A DNA stretch of 64,000 nucleotides from assembly GCF_040513375.1 (NCBI RefSeq), contig NZ_JBEVTG010000001.1, forward strand, positions 952,244 through 1,016,243. Reading direction: 5' to 3'. Positions 30,178 to 39,286 of the stretch are shown piece after piece. The notes under the pieces were generated by a model. That model saw only the letters and a list, made by a program, of their open reading frames with translations. It did no database searches and had not been told where the DNA came from. The stretch is from Flagellimonas algarum. GTDB lineage: Bacteria > Bacteroidota > Bacteroidia > Flavobacteriales > Flavobacteriaceae. How positions within the stretch are numbered: position 1 is the stretch's first letter; the number at the start of each line of letters is the position of its first letter. The position numbers were made by a program, and so were the translations under genes.

Positions 30178-30222
30178 CAACGAACACCACCGAAGTAATC
30201 ACATCATAAACACCGACCGACA

Positions 30223-30933
30223 TTGGAACAGTATTTTGACATCCTTTTTTCACAGGTAAACAGTACCCTGACCATTCTTTTGATCATCCTCATCGTTTAC
30301 TGGTTGATCACCATGGTCAGCGGTCTCGACTTCGACCTCGACGTTGATGTCGACGTTGACATCGATGCCGATGTCGACTTGGAAGTGGACACCGGAATCG
30401 AAGGGGGAAGCATGGACTTTTCCGATGTCGCGAATGCAGAGGTCGACCGTGAACACGTCGTCAACAAAAAAACACGCAAACTGAAATGGTGGCAGATCGT
30501 GTTGATTTATTTCAACTTTGTCGGATTGCCGTTTATGTTCACGTTCACGTTTTGGATCTTCCTTTGGTGGATCATCAGTGTACTGGCCACAGTACTTACC
30601 TTCAGCTATGACAATAGCTTTGGGTTCGTCATCGTACTGTTGGCCATCGTTCCCTCCCTGATACTGACCAAGATCGTCACCACGCCTTTCAAGGCCTTTT
30701 TCAAAAACCTGAACAAAGACGGTGACGAGGCGGTCGATTTTCTAGGAAGGGAGGCCATTTTGCAATCGACGGTTTCCGGTGATAAACTGGGCAATGCCGA
30801 GGTGAATGCCAACGGAAACATCATGAACATCTATGTCAAATCGCTTGATGGTTCCGAATTGCGGTTCCGCGAAAGCGTGCTCATCATCAAACAATCGGAC
30901 GACAAAAGCTTCTTTTTCGTAAGCAGATCATAA
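30223..30933 (+). CDS. YqiJ/DUF1449-like inner-membrane protein with an NfeD-type C-terminal OB-fold. The start is a TTG; the first in-frame ATG (30313) would delete TM1.
   Basis: TM helix TLTILLIILIVYWLITMVSGL. Acidic tract DFDLDVDVDVDIDADVDLEVDTG. Two further TMs. C-terminus GREAILQSTVSGDKLGNAEVNANGNIMNIYVKSLDGSELRFRESVLII, an NfeD-like beta-barrel. Confidence 0.6.
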   Translation: MEQYFDILFSQVNSTLTILLIILIVYWLITMVSGLDFDLDVDVDVDIDADVDLEVDTGIEGGSMDFSDVANAEVDREHVVNKKTRKLKWWQIVLIYFNFVGLPFMFTFTFWIFLWWIISVLATVLTFSYDNSFGFVIVLLAIVPSLILTKIVTTPFKAFFKNLNKDGDEAVDFLGREAILQSTVSGDKLGNAEVNANGNIMNIYVKSLDGSELRFRESVLIIKQSDDKSFFFVSRS

Positions 30934-30967
30934 GTCAATTTAAACAACTAAAAATCACATTATAACT

Positions 30968-33034
30968 ATGGAAGGAATCTTACCTATCATCGTAACGGCA
31001 TTGGGAGTCTTGCTGTTTCTAATCATCGTATACTTTGCGATCATCGCCCTGTTCTATAAAAAGGTGCACCAAGGGGAAGCTTTGGTACGTACCGGGTTCG
31101 GGGGTACCAAGGTCGCTACGGACAAAGGGCTCTACGTCGTACCTGTTTTTCACCGTGTCGAGGTCATGGATATCTCGGTAAAGAAGATACAGATCGAACG
31201 TATGGGTGTCGAAGGATTGATCTGTAAAGACAATATGCGTGCCGATATCAAGGTAGCCTTCTTTGTGCGCGTCAACAACGAAGTGGATTTCATCAAAAAA
31301 GTGGCACAGACCATCGGGGTCGCCAGGGCTTCCAGAAAGGAAACCTTGGAAGACCTTTTCGAGGCGAAATTCTCCGAAGCCTTGAAGACCGTTGGAAAGA
31401 AGTTCGAGTTTACCGCCCTCTATGAAGCCCGTCGCGAATTCCGCGATGAGATCGTCGATATCATCGGTACCGACCTCAATGGATATACCCTCGAAGACTG
31501 CGCCATCGATTACCTCGAGCAGACCTCGGTATCGCATTTGAAACCCGACAACATCCTTGATGCCGAAGGGATCAAAAAGATCACCGATCTGACCGCGGCG
31601 CAAAACATCAAGGCCAACCTGATCAAAAGGGATGAGGAGAAGATCATCCGCAAGCAGGATGTCGAGGCCCGGGAAGCGATTTTGGAATTGGACCGACAAT
31701 TGGCCGAGAAAGAGGAACAACAAAAACGGGAGATCGCCAATATCAAATCGCGTGAAGAGGCCGAGATCATGAAGGTGGCCGAAGAAGAGAAACTCAAATC
31801 GGAAAGTGCCCGTATCGCCACCGAAGAGAAATTACAAGTGGCCGAAGAAAACAAACTACGCCAAGTGGTGGTGGCCCAAAAGAACAAAGAGCGTACCGCC
31901 GCCGTTGAAACCGAACGTGTTGAAAAAGACCGTGCCCTAGAGGCTACCGAAAGGGAGCGCGTGGTCACCCTGGCCCAGATCGAGAAAGAAAAGGTCGTTG
32001 AGGTCGAGAAGAAAAACATCCAAGATGTGATTCGCGATCGCGTCATGCTCGAAAAAGGCGTAGTCGAAGAGCAAGAGAACATGAAGGACATTCAAGCGTT
32101 CAAAGGGGCCGATCGTGAGAAACAAGTGAAAGTGACCCTTGCCGAAGCCGCGGCCCAAGAGGATCTGATCAAGACCTTGAAAGCGGCCGAAGCCCAGAAA
32201 GAGGCAGCCAAGCAAAAGGCCGAAGAGGTCAATATCGAAGCCCAGGCCCATAAAGAAGCCAGTGAGAAAGAGGCCGAAGCCCGTAAGACATTGGCAGAGG
32301 CCAAAGCCAAAGAAGAAGCGACCATTGGTCTATCGGAAGCCGAAGTGATGCACGCGAAAGCCGATGCTTCCGAAAGGCAGGGTACGGTCGAAGCCTTGAT
32401 TATTGAGAAAAAAGCCAAGGCCGAAGCCGCAGGAATCGAAGCCAAAGCCGATGCGATCAAGAAAGAAGGCTTGGCCGAGGCCGAGGTTATCAAGGAAAAA
32501 GCCATCGCCGATGCTGCCGGTATCGAAGAAAAGGCCAATGCCATGAAGAAGCTTGACGGTGTCGGAAAAGACCATGAGGAGTTCAAACTGCGATTGGAGA
32601 AAGAACTACAGATCGATTTGGCCCATATCAATATCCAGAAGGAAATCGCCGATGCCCAGGCCCGTGTGCTTTCTGAAGGATTGAAAGCCGCGAATATCGA
32701 TATCGTCGGTGGGGAGTCCATGTTCTTTGATCAAATCGTCGGACAGATAACCCGCGCCAAAGGCTTCGATCGATTGCTTCAGCACTCCGAGCAGGCCCAA
32801 GACATCAAAGATGCGATTTTGGGAACCGAAGATGTGGCAGGCAATTTATTGGGCCGCATCAAGGAATTTGCCGTTCAGTACGATATTTCATCCGAAGATC
32901 TGAAGAACCTTTCCGTGGCCAACCTTCTGCTGCAATTGAAGTCAAGGGCAACGAGCAACGACGAGGGCAATATGTTCGAAAACTTGTTGAACCTGGCCAA
33001 TAGCCTTGGATTGGGCAACAAGAAATTGAAATAA
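30968..33034 (+). CDS. Flotillin-family (YqiK-like) SPFH protein with a long coiled-coil
   Basis: N-terminal TM, then SPFH core GEALVRTGFGGTKVATDKGLYVVPVFHRVEVMDISVKKIQIE... About 350 aa of EA/AK-rich heptads. 688 aa. Confidence 0.85.
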   Translation: MEGILPIIVTALGVLLFLIIVYFAIIALFYKKVHQGEALVRTGFGGTKVATDKGLYVVPVFHRVEVMDISVKKIQIERMGVEGLICKDNMRADIKVAFFVRVNNEVDFIKKVAQTIGVARASRKETLEDLFEAKFSEALKTVGKKFEFTALYEARREFRDEIVDIIGTDLNGYTLEDCAIDYLEQTSVSHLKPDNILDAEGIKKITDLTAAQNIKANLIKRDEEKIIRKQDVEAREAILELDRQLAEKEEQQKREIANIKSREEAEIMKVAEEEKLKSESARIATEEKLQVAEENKLRQVVVAQKNKERTAAVETERVEKDRALEATERERVVTLAQIEKEKVVEVEKKNIQDVIRDRVMLEKGVVEEQENMKDIQAFKGADREKQVKVTLAEAAAQEDLIKTLKAAEAQKEAAKQKAEEVNIEAQAHKEASEKEAEARKTLAEAKAKEEATIGLSEAEVMHAKADASERQGTVEALIIEKKAKAEAAGIEAKADAIKKEGLAEAEVIKEKAIADAAGIEEKANAMKKLDGVGKDHEEFKLRLEKELQIDLAHINIQKEIADAQARVLSEGLKAANIDIVGGESMFFDQIVGQITRAKGFDRLLQHSEQAQDIKDAILGTEDVAGNLLGRIKEFAVQYDISSEDLKNLSVANLLLQLKSRATSNDEGNMFENLLNLANSLGLGNKKLK

Positions 33035-33110
33035 GGATAGGCAGGCCCTGCCTTCTACAAGGGGTAGGGCATGCTTTCTATAGCGAACATTCACGAGAGA
33101 CACCCCTTCT

Positions 33111-33455
33111 ATGTTGAACCGTTTTATACGTTGGATAAGTGGTTTGGGAACCGCCCAAAACGCGACCCTTGAACACCAAGGGAAACGACCGCACTCCAAC
33201 GCTGGTCATGTGGTCAAAGGGCATAGTCAAGTGGTTCGGGTACCCGATTTGGGATATGGCCAAAGCTATCGCCTAACGAAATGGCACAAAGAACCTGGGG
33301 ATCACATTCGTTCGGGAGACATCGTTTGCAGTTTAGAGAATGAAACGATCCTCTTCGAATTTGAAAGTTTATACAGTGGTCGGTTGCAATATCGCATTCC
33401 GCTGAACCAAAAGATGGAAGTGGGCGAAGTGCTGTTCCATATCGAAGGGATGTAA
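33111..33455 (+). CDS. Small protein with a lipoyl/biotinyl-attachment (hybrid-motif) fold that lacks the modifiable lysine
   Basis: VVRVPDLGYGQSYRLTKWHKEPGDHIRSGDIVCSLENETILFEFESLYSGRLQYRIPLNQKMEVGEVLFHIEG matches the lipoyl-domain pattern (P.lG....g.i..W.vk.GD.V..gd.l.evETDKa..ev.sp..G.l..i.v..G..v.vG..l..i). The sequence has ENET where ETDK is expected. Confidence 0.4.
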   Translation: MLNRFIRWISGLGTAQNATLEHQGKRPHSNAGHVVKGHSQVVRVPDLGYGQSYRLTKWHKEPGDHIRSGDIVCSLENETILFEFESLYSGRLQYRIPLNQKMEVGEVLFHIEGM

Positions 33456-33525
33456 GCGCATCCCGCCGATCGGCCAACGACTGAAGAAAATAAATAGGGC
33501 AGCAAGCAACGAATCAAAAACAACA

Positions 33526-36500
33526 ATGCAGGAAGAACAAGAACATACGCCTAGCAATACCCTACTCGATGATGGCACCTATGAGATCATCCGGGCCCGC
33601 TTAAAGGAGCAGAAAAACGCCTTGCAAACACGGCTTAATCAGCTCAACGAAAGCCGAAAGCAGGTTTTTGGAAGCGTCGTGACCCAACTGATTGCCAACA
33701 ATCGAATCAACACCGAGAACAATTGCATTGCCCGTGACATCATCACCATTGGCGAACACACCATTTTGGGCTATAATGTCCATTTTGGGTTGCGTACCCA
33801 GATCAAATTGGAAGATGTGTTCGGCGTTTTTGCGTATCAAGATGGGGGGTTCGTAGCCCAAAACCTCTCCTTGATCGATGACGAGGTGTTCTTGAACGAC
33901 TTCGTCAACCTCTATAAGTACTACCGAAATACCATTTTCAGCAAGTTTGCCGTGGTGGGCAACTACCTGCACATGGTTTTTCAGCTTAGCGAAAGCACCT
34001 CCGATATCAAAACCTTCAAATGGTTGATCAAAGACGGCAGTTTGCGCTATCAAGACAACCGTAGCGACCATGAATTCAGAATGCCGGCCCAGCATGGGTT
34101 CCATTGGGTGGAGACCGACCGCGACATGCAGCGCTACGGCGATTTCCCCCATGTATCCATTCTAGACAAGGTATTCGTTGAAACCGTTGGGGGCGACCTT
34201 ACCATCAAGATCGAAGACAATACCGATGAAGGCCTGGGGATCTTCAGTGAAGCCGTCGAACATCAAGACCAAACACTCGACGACGGGCAGTTTCGCTATG
34301 CCGAGATCGGTAACCTCATCGCCATTGAAATCAAGCCGTTTCAAGAAGAACCGCGGTATTTCGTATACAACCACAAGATCCAAGAGGTCAAGAAAATACC
34401 CAGCATCAAAAATGCCTGCATCCTGCTTCCCAATGACCAAGGGGTCATTTATCCGAACGGATATTACTTACAATCCGGGGCTTTTAAGAAGTTTGAAAAC
34501 GACTTGGGCAAGGTGCGGTTTCAAGAGAAGGTCAGCTCGCCCAATGGCGAAGACTTTCTCTATGTTTTTTACGAAAGTGAAACGGGGGTCTATGTATTGA
34601 TGTCTTACAACGTCATTGAGCAAGAAGTGAAGACCCCGATCATTTGTAACGGGTTTACCTTGCTTAAAAACGGGGAGCTCTGTTATTTCAAGACCGATGG
34701 CGAGCAAACCAAGCACCATGTCATTCAAATTTGGCAGACCACCTTTATGAAAGGGACCGAGATCCCGTCCGAACATACCGACACCTTGTTGTACAAAATC
34801 GGCAATAAGGACATCGTAGCGGCCATGGCCGAATGCCAATCGTTGATCACCCTTTTAAACAAAGAAGATAGCTACAGCGGGCTCTACGACGACCTGGTTA
34901 AGTTCGCGACCGACATTCTTGATAGTTATTATTGGATCCATGAGGAAGAGGCCCATGAGCTCAACCTGCCATTGATTGCCATCAACGATACGGCCAATGC
35001 GGCGATCGATGAATTCGAAAAAGTCGTGCAACTTCGTAAAACGGCCGCTTCGACCACAAAAGCGACCCAAGAAACCGCAGCCGCACTTTTTGGGAAGATC
35101 AAAAGCAGCTCCTTCAAATCGATCGATGATTTCGTGAAGATCTTATCGAACCTCCGCTCGTTTCGGGGTGAGGTCATCGGTTTAAAGGAAGTACGCTATG
35201 TCGATGTTTCCTTTATTGAAGAATTGGAGGTCCAGATCGCTGAGCAGACCGAAAAGGTTTCGCAACGCTGCGTGCTATTCCTTATCGATGACAAAGCCCT
35301 ATTGCCTTATCAAGACCGCGTGTCCGAAAAGCAGCAGCAATTGGAAAAGGTGGTCAAGGTCGTCGACACCAAACAACTACAAGACGAGGTGAACCAGATC
35401 GCGGTCGACCTCGAAATGCTCATTGAGATCGTTTCGAACCTCAAGATCGAAGACACTTCGCAAACCACGAAGATCATCGACAACATTTCCCTGATCTTCG
35501 CGTCGATCAACCAGCTGAAGGCAGGGATCAAGAACAAGATCAATGCGCTTTCCGTCGAAGAATCGGGTGCCGAATTCGCGGCCCAATTGAAATTGGTCGA
35601 TCAGAGCGTGATCAATTACCTCGATATTTCGGGTACCCCTGAAAAGACCGATGAATTGTTGAACAAGGTGGTGCTCCAACTTGAAGACCTCGAAGGGCGC
35701 TTCGCCGATTTCGAGGACTTTATCGCACAGATCATCGAAAAGCGCGAAGAAGTATACAATGCCTTTGAAGCCCGTAAAATGGCTTTGGTAGAGGCCCGTA
35801 ACAAACGCACCGTGGCCTTGGAAAATTCGGCCAACCGCATTTTGAAAGGGGTGCTTAAAAAATCGCTGACCTTCGACAACCTGAACGACATCAACGGATA
35901 TTTCGCCGGAGACCTTATGGTGAGCAAGATCCGCGATATCGTGCAGCAGCTGTTGGAATTGGAAGATTCCGGCAAGGCCGAAGCCATAGAGACTGCGGTC
36001 AAAGTGGCCAAGGAAGATGCGATTCGAAAGCTGAAAGACAAGCAAGACCTGTATGAAGATGGAGAGAACATCATCAAATTGGGCAAGCACAAATTCGGCG
36101 TGAACAAACAGGTATTGGACCTCACCATCGTCTATAAGGATGACCGTCTTTTTTACCATTTGACGGGGACGGATTTTTACCAAGAAATCGAAAACGAGAC
36201 CTTGACCAAATCCCAAGCCTATTGGAACCAAGAGCTGGTTTCCGAAAACCAGCAGGTATACCGTGCGGCCTATTTGGCCTATAAGATCTTCAAGGCGAAC
36301 GATGCAACCGAGTTGCATGCCATGTCGAAATCGGCCTTGAAGCAACTCGTGGTCGATGCCACGAGCAAAAACTATGCGGAAGGCTATGTGAAAGGGGTGC
36401 ATGATGAGGATGCCCATAAGATCCTAATGGCACTGGTGGCGAAACATCACGACTTGGGAGTGCTGACCTACGCCCCTAACATCAGGGCCTACGCCCAATA

Positions 36501-38403
36501 TTTTTGGCAGACCCTAGACGCCGATGCGGTCAGCCATTGGAACGATTTGCTGAAAAATGCAGGACAGGTTGTAAAGACGTTTCCGAACAGTACCGCCCAT
36601 GATAAGGTCGTGGGCCAATTGGCTGAGGCCATTTCGGAATTCGCGGAGGCACAACAGTTGTTCGATGCCGGACAAAGTCACGAAGTGGCCCGATATCTTT
36701 TTAAGGAAATCAAGGAGCACTACGATTTCTCGGTCAGCCATACCGCCTTGGAACGCTACGGGCAATTCGCCAAAGCGCTTAAGGGCAAAAAGCTGTATTC
36801 GAAAGTAAAGGAGAAGGTGGCCATCGACCCCCATCAGCAGATCGACGACCTTCAAGAACGGATCACCTTGGCTTGGCAATGGGTCAAGGCCTATTTAAGC
36901 GATGGCGCTGATGAACACTATTTGCATGAGGTGTGCTGCCTGTTTTTATTTCCCCATGGACCGAGGGTCATCAGTGCGAGCCCCAAAGTGGATATCGCTA
37001 AAATGAAGGGCAGTCATGAGCGTTTGAACGAGGGGGTCTTCGCCTTTGATTATCATGGGTTCATTGCCGCATTAGCGCATTTCAGCAAGCATGAGGTCGT
37101 TGCTTTCAATGCGTTCGCCAAAGCAAAACACGAGCTGACCGAGCAAGTGAAAGACGACTTGAAATTGGAAGGCTTCAAGCCCAGGGTCTTATCATCTTTT
37201 GTACGCAACAAGTTGATCGATCAGGTCTATTTCCCGTTGATAGGCGACAATTTGGCCAAGCAACTGGGCAGCGCCGGTGAAAACAAGCGCACCGATAGAA
37301 TGGGGATGCTGCTTTTGATATCCCCGCCCGGGTACGGAAAGACCACCTTGATGGAATACATGGCGAACCGTTTGGGGTTGATCTTTATGAAGATCAATGG
37401 CCCTGCGATAGGTCATGAGGTCACTTCGGTCGATCCGAATACCGCATCGAATTCAGCGGCGAAAGCCGAATTGGAAAAATTGAACCTGGCCTTTGAAATG
37501 GGGAACAATGTCATGCTGTATTTGGATGATATCCAACATTGCAATCCGGAGTTCCTCCAAAAGTTCATTTCCTTGGCCGACGGTACCCGAAAAATAGAAG
37601 GTATTTATAACGGCGTGGCAAAAACCTACGACCTGCGGGCCAAAAAGTTCTGTGTTATCATGGCCGGAAACCCCTATACCGAAAGCGGGGATAAGTTTCA
37701 GATACCCGACATGCTGGCGAATCGGGCCGACATCTACAATTTGGGGGATATCATAGGCGATACCGCCGATCTGTTCGAACTCAGTTTGATCGAGAACGCC
37801 CTGACGTCGAATCCGATCCTGCAACAGTTGAGCAGCAAATCGTTCGAAGATGTATACGAACTGATCCATATGGTGACCAGCAATACCGAAGACACCGCTG
37901 CCCTCAAAGGCAACCATACCCGGCAAGAGGTGCAAGACTATCTGTCCGTTTTGGCCAAGGTAATCGAGGTGCGCAATACGGTTTTGCAAGTGAACGCGAC
38001 CTATATCAAATCGGCGGCGATGGAAGATGCCTATCGAACCGAACCGTCTTTCAAGTTGCAAGGATCTTACCGCGACATGAACAAATTGGTAGCGAAGATC
38101 GTACCGATCATGAACGATTCGGAACTCGATACGCTCTTGTTGTCGCATTACGAAAGCGAGTCACAGACCTTGACAAGCGCTGCAGAGGCCAATCTTTTGA
38201 AATACAAAGAGCTGACCCAATCGTTGACCAAGGAAGAACAGGCACGATGGAAAAGCATCAAAGCCACCTTTGTCGAGCAGAACAAAGCGAAAGGGCTTGG
38301 GGATCAGGCAGCCATGTTCCAGTTGTTGCAGCAGGTTTCGGAGTTCAACAAGCATCTTGGGGGCATTCAAAAGACGCTGCAGCAACAGTTGAACGGCAAA
38401 TAA
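33526..38403 (+). CDS. Giant (1625-aa) uncharacterised protein with a single MoxR/AAA_5-like AAA+ ATPase domain in its C-terminal third
   Basis: Walker A LLLISPPGYGKTTLMEY, Walker B VMLYLDDIQHC, sensor region CVIMAGNPYTESGDKFQIPDMLANRADIYNL. N-terminal ~480 aa is beta-rich and ~800 aa in the middle are helical. No TM or signal peptide. A strong terminator follows. Confidence 0.6.
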   Translation: MQEEQEHTPSNTLLDDGTYEIIRARLKEQKNALQTRLNQLNESRKQVFGSVVTQLIANNRINTENNCIARDIITIGEHTILGYNVHFGLRTQIKLEDVFGVFAYQDGGFVAQNLSLIDDEVFLNDFVNLYKYYRNTIFSKFAVVGNYLHMVFQLSESTSDIKTFKWLIKDGSLRYQDNRSDHEFRMPAQHGFHWVETDRDMQRYGDFPHVSILDKVFVETVGGDLTIKIEDNTDEGLGIFSEAVEHQDQTLDDGQFRYAEIGNLIAIEIKPFQEEPRYFVYNHKIQEVKKIPSIKNACILLPNDQGVIYPNGYYLQSGAFKKFENDLGKVRFQEKVSSPNGEDFLYVFYESETGVYVLMSYNVIEQEVKTPIICNGFTLLKNGELCYFKTDGEQTKHHVIQIWQTTFMKGTEIPSEHTDTLLYKIGNKDIVAAMAECQSLITLLNKEDSYSGLYDDLVKFATDILDSYYWIHEEEAHELNLPLIAINDTANAAIDEFEKVVQLRKTAASTTKATQETAAALFGKIKSSSFKSIDDFVKILSNLRSFRGEVIGLKEVRYVDVSFIEELEVQIAEQTEKVSQRCVLFLIDDKALLPYQDRVSEKQQQLEKVVKVVDTKQLQDEVNQIAVDLEMLIEIVSNLKIEDTSQTTKIIDNISLIFASINQLKAGIKNKINALSVEESGAEFAAQLKLVDQSVINYLDISGTPEKTDELLNKVVLQLEDLEGRFADFEDFIAQIIEKREEVYNAFEARKMALVEARNKRTVALENSANRILKGVLKKSLTFDNLNDINGYFAGDLMVSKIRDIVQQLLELEDSGKAEAIETAVKVAKEDAIRKLKDKQDLYEDGENIIKLGKHKFGVNKQVLDLTIVYKDDRLFYHLTGTDFYQEIENETLTKSQAYWNQELVSENQQVYRAAYLAYKIFKANDATELHAMSKSALKQLVVDATSKNYAEGYVKGVHDEDAHKILMALVAKHHDLGVLTYAPNIRAYAQYFWQTLDADAVSHWNDLLKNAGQVVKTFPNSTAHDKVVGQLAEAISEFAEAQQLFDAGQSHEVARYLFKEIKEHYDFSVSHTALERYGQFAKALKGKKLYSKVKEKVAIDPHQQIDDLQERITLAWQWVKAYLSDGADEHYLHEVCCLFLFPHGPRVISASPKVDIAKMKGSHERLNEGVFAFDYHGFIAALAHFSKHEVVAFNAFAKAKHELTEQVKDDLKLEGFKPRVLSSFVRNKLIDQVYFPLIGDNLAKQLGSAGENKRTDRMGMLLLISPPGYGKTTLMEYMANRLGLIFMKINGPAIGHEVTSVDPNTASNSAAKAELEKLNLAFEMGNNVMLYLDDIQHCNPEFLQKFISLADGTRKIEGIYNGVAKTYDLRAKKFCVIMAGNPYTESGDKFQIPDMLANRADIYNLGDIIGDTADLFELSLIENALTSNPILQQLSSKSFEDVYELIHMVTSNTEDTAALKGNHTRQEVQDYLSVLAKVIEVRNTVLQVNATYIKSAAMEDAYRTEPSFKLQGSYRDMNKLVAKIVPIMNDSELDTLLLSHYESESQTLTSAAEANLLKYKELTQSLTKEEQARWKSIKATFVEQNKAKGLGDQAAMFQLLQQVSEFNKHLGGIQKTLQQQLNGK

Positions 38404-38414
38404 AGGGGAAAAAA

Positions 38415-38440
38415 AAGCTTGGGATATTCCCAAGCTTTTT
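38415..38440 (+). terminator. Rho-independent terminator
   Basis: AAGCTTGGGA TATT CCCAAGCTT followed by TTTTT. Confidence 0.7.
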
Positions 38441-38692
38441 ACGCCGACCAACTTCAATTCCAGAACCCATACCATTTTTTAGGGTATTGAGACCCTAGCT
38501 ACGCTTTGGATTGGTAGTAGTAAGGAGGTATGACGCTTAGTGCCAGCCCACTTCTCTAAAACTCCCGTTTTCGATGAAAGCATGCATCCCAACTCACCCA
38601 AATGGGGGACTTACCTACAAAATCATAAAGGTTGCGCGATGGTCTTTGTCAGGTTACCTCATAACCTTTAGTTTTCAAGAAATGCACAACCC

Positions 38693-39286
38693 ATGAAAAC
38701 CCTATTCATAATTGCACATTTCATTTATTTTTTCCCAAACATCAACGATATCCCTTTTTTCATTGAGAAAATTAATAAGGATGGTCCTGAGTTTTTATGC
38801 AAAGTTCCAACGACTATCGAGGAACTAAGTGATGGTGTGGTTATCGACGCCTATGATTTTGCCGATGGTGACGAAAAGAGTTTGGGTCTATTGGGTTTTT
38901 TCAATGTCAACATAAAAAAACACGAACGGGTCACCGTGGTTGAATACCTACAACGAGGTTCGATGCATTGTAACGGGAAAGTATCAAAATTCGGTATAGG
39001 TGCCCGCATGATGATGCGGGTGACCAGTCATAATAAAAAGGCCCGCCTCGACACACCACAGCAGATTACAGCCAGCGTCATTTTTGGCCATGCGACCGTT
39101 AAATTCAGCATGCACACCTTTGGGATTACAGGTCCGGGAATCGCCGACCTCAACCAAATCGGATCAATCAATGAGAACACCTATGCCAGTTTTATATCCG
39201 GCATTTCGGAATTGCTTGCCAAGGCCTATGACGGTGACGGGCGATACATCATCAAACCACAGCGGCTGAGGGCCGAAGGCCTATAA
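38693..39286 (+). CDS. Hypothetical protein, 197 aa, no recognisable motif
   Basis: Isolated ORF in a locally AT-rich stretch. No signal peptide or TM. Coding status unverified. Confidence 0.3.
   Translation: MKTLFIIAHFIYFFPNINDIPFFIEKINKDGPEFLCKVPTTIEELSDGVVIDAYDFADGDEKSLGLLGFFNVNIKKHERVTVVEYLQRGSMHCNGKVSKFGIGARMMMRVTSHNKKARLDTPQQITASVIFGHATVKFSMHTFGITGPGIADLNQIGSINENTYASFISGISELLAKAYDGDGRYIIKPQRLRAEGL

Noticed and set aside
32100-32700. Highly repetitive gccgaagc/gccaaagc nucleotide pattern. Considered a tandem repeat or CRISPR-like array.
   Set aside because: It encodes the EA/AK-rich heptad coiled-coil of flotillin. There are no spacer-repeat units of constant length, so it is not a CRISPR array.
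31510-32721. Long antisense ORFs (193 aa, 209 aa, others) inside the flotillin gene, rich in Ser/Ala/Phe
   Set aside because: These are shadow ORFs on the opposite strand of a GC-skewed, repeat-rich coiled-coil coding region. The sense-strand flotillin reading frame is fully supported by conserved SPFH motifs.
35377-36417. 346-aa antisense ORF inside the giant AAA+ gene, plus other antisense ORFs at 33601..34152 and 37453..38148
   Set aside because: There is no start context or motif. They lie entirely within a 4.9-kb continuous sense ORF with recognisable AAA+ motifs, so they are typical shadow frames.
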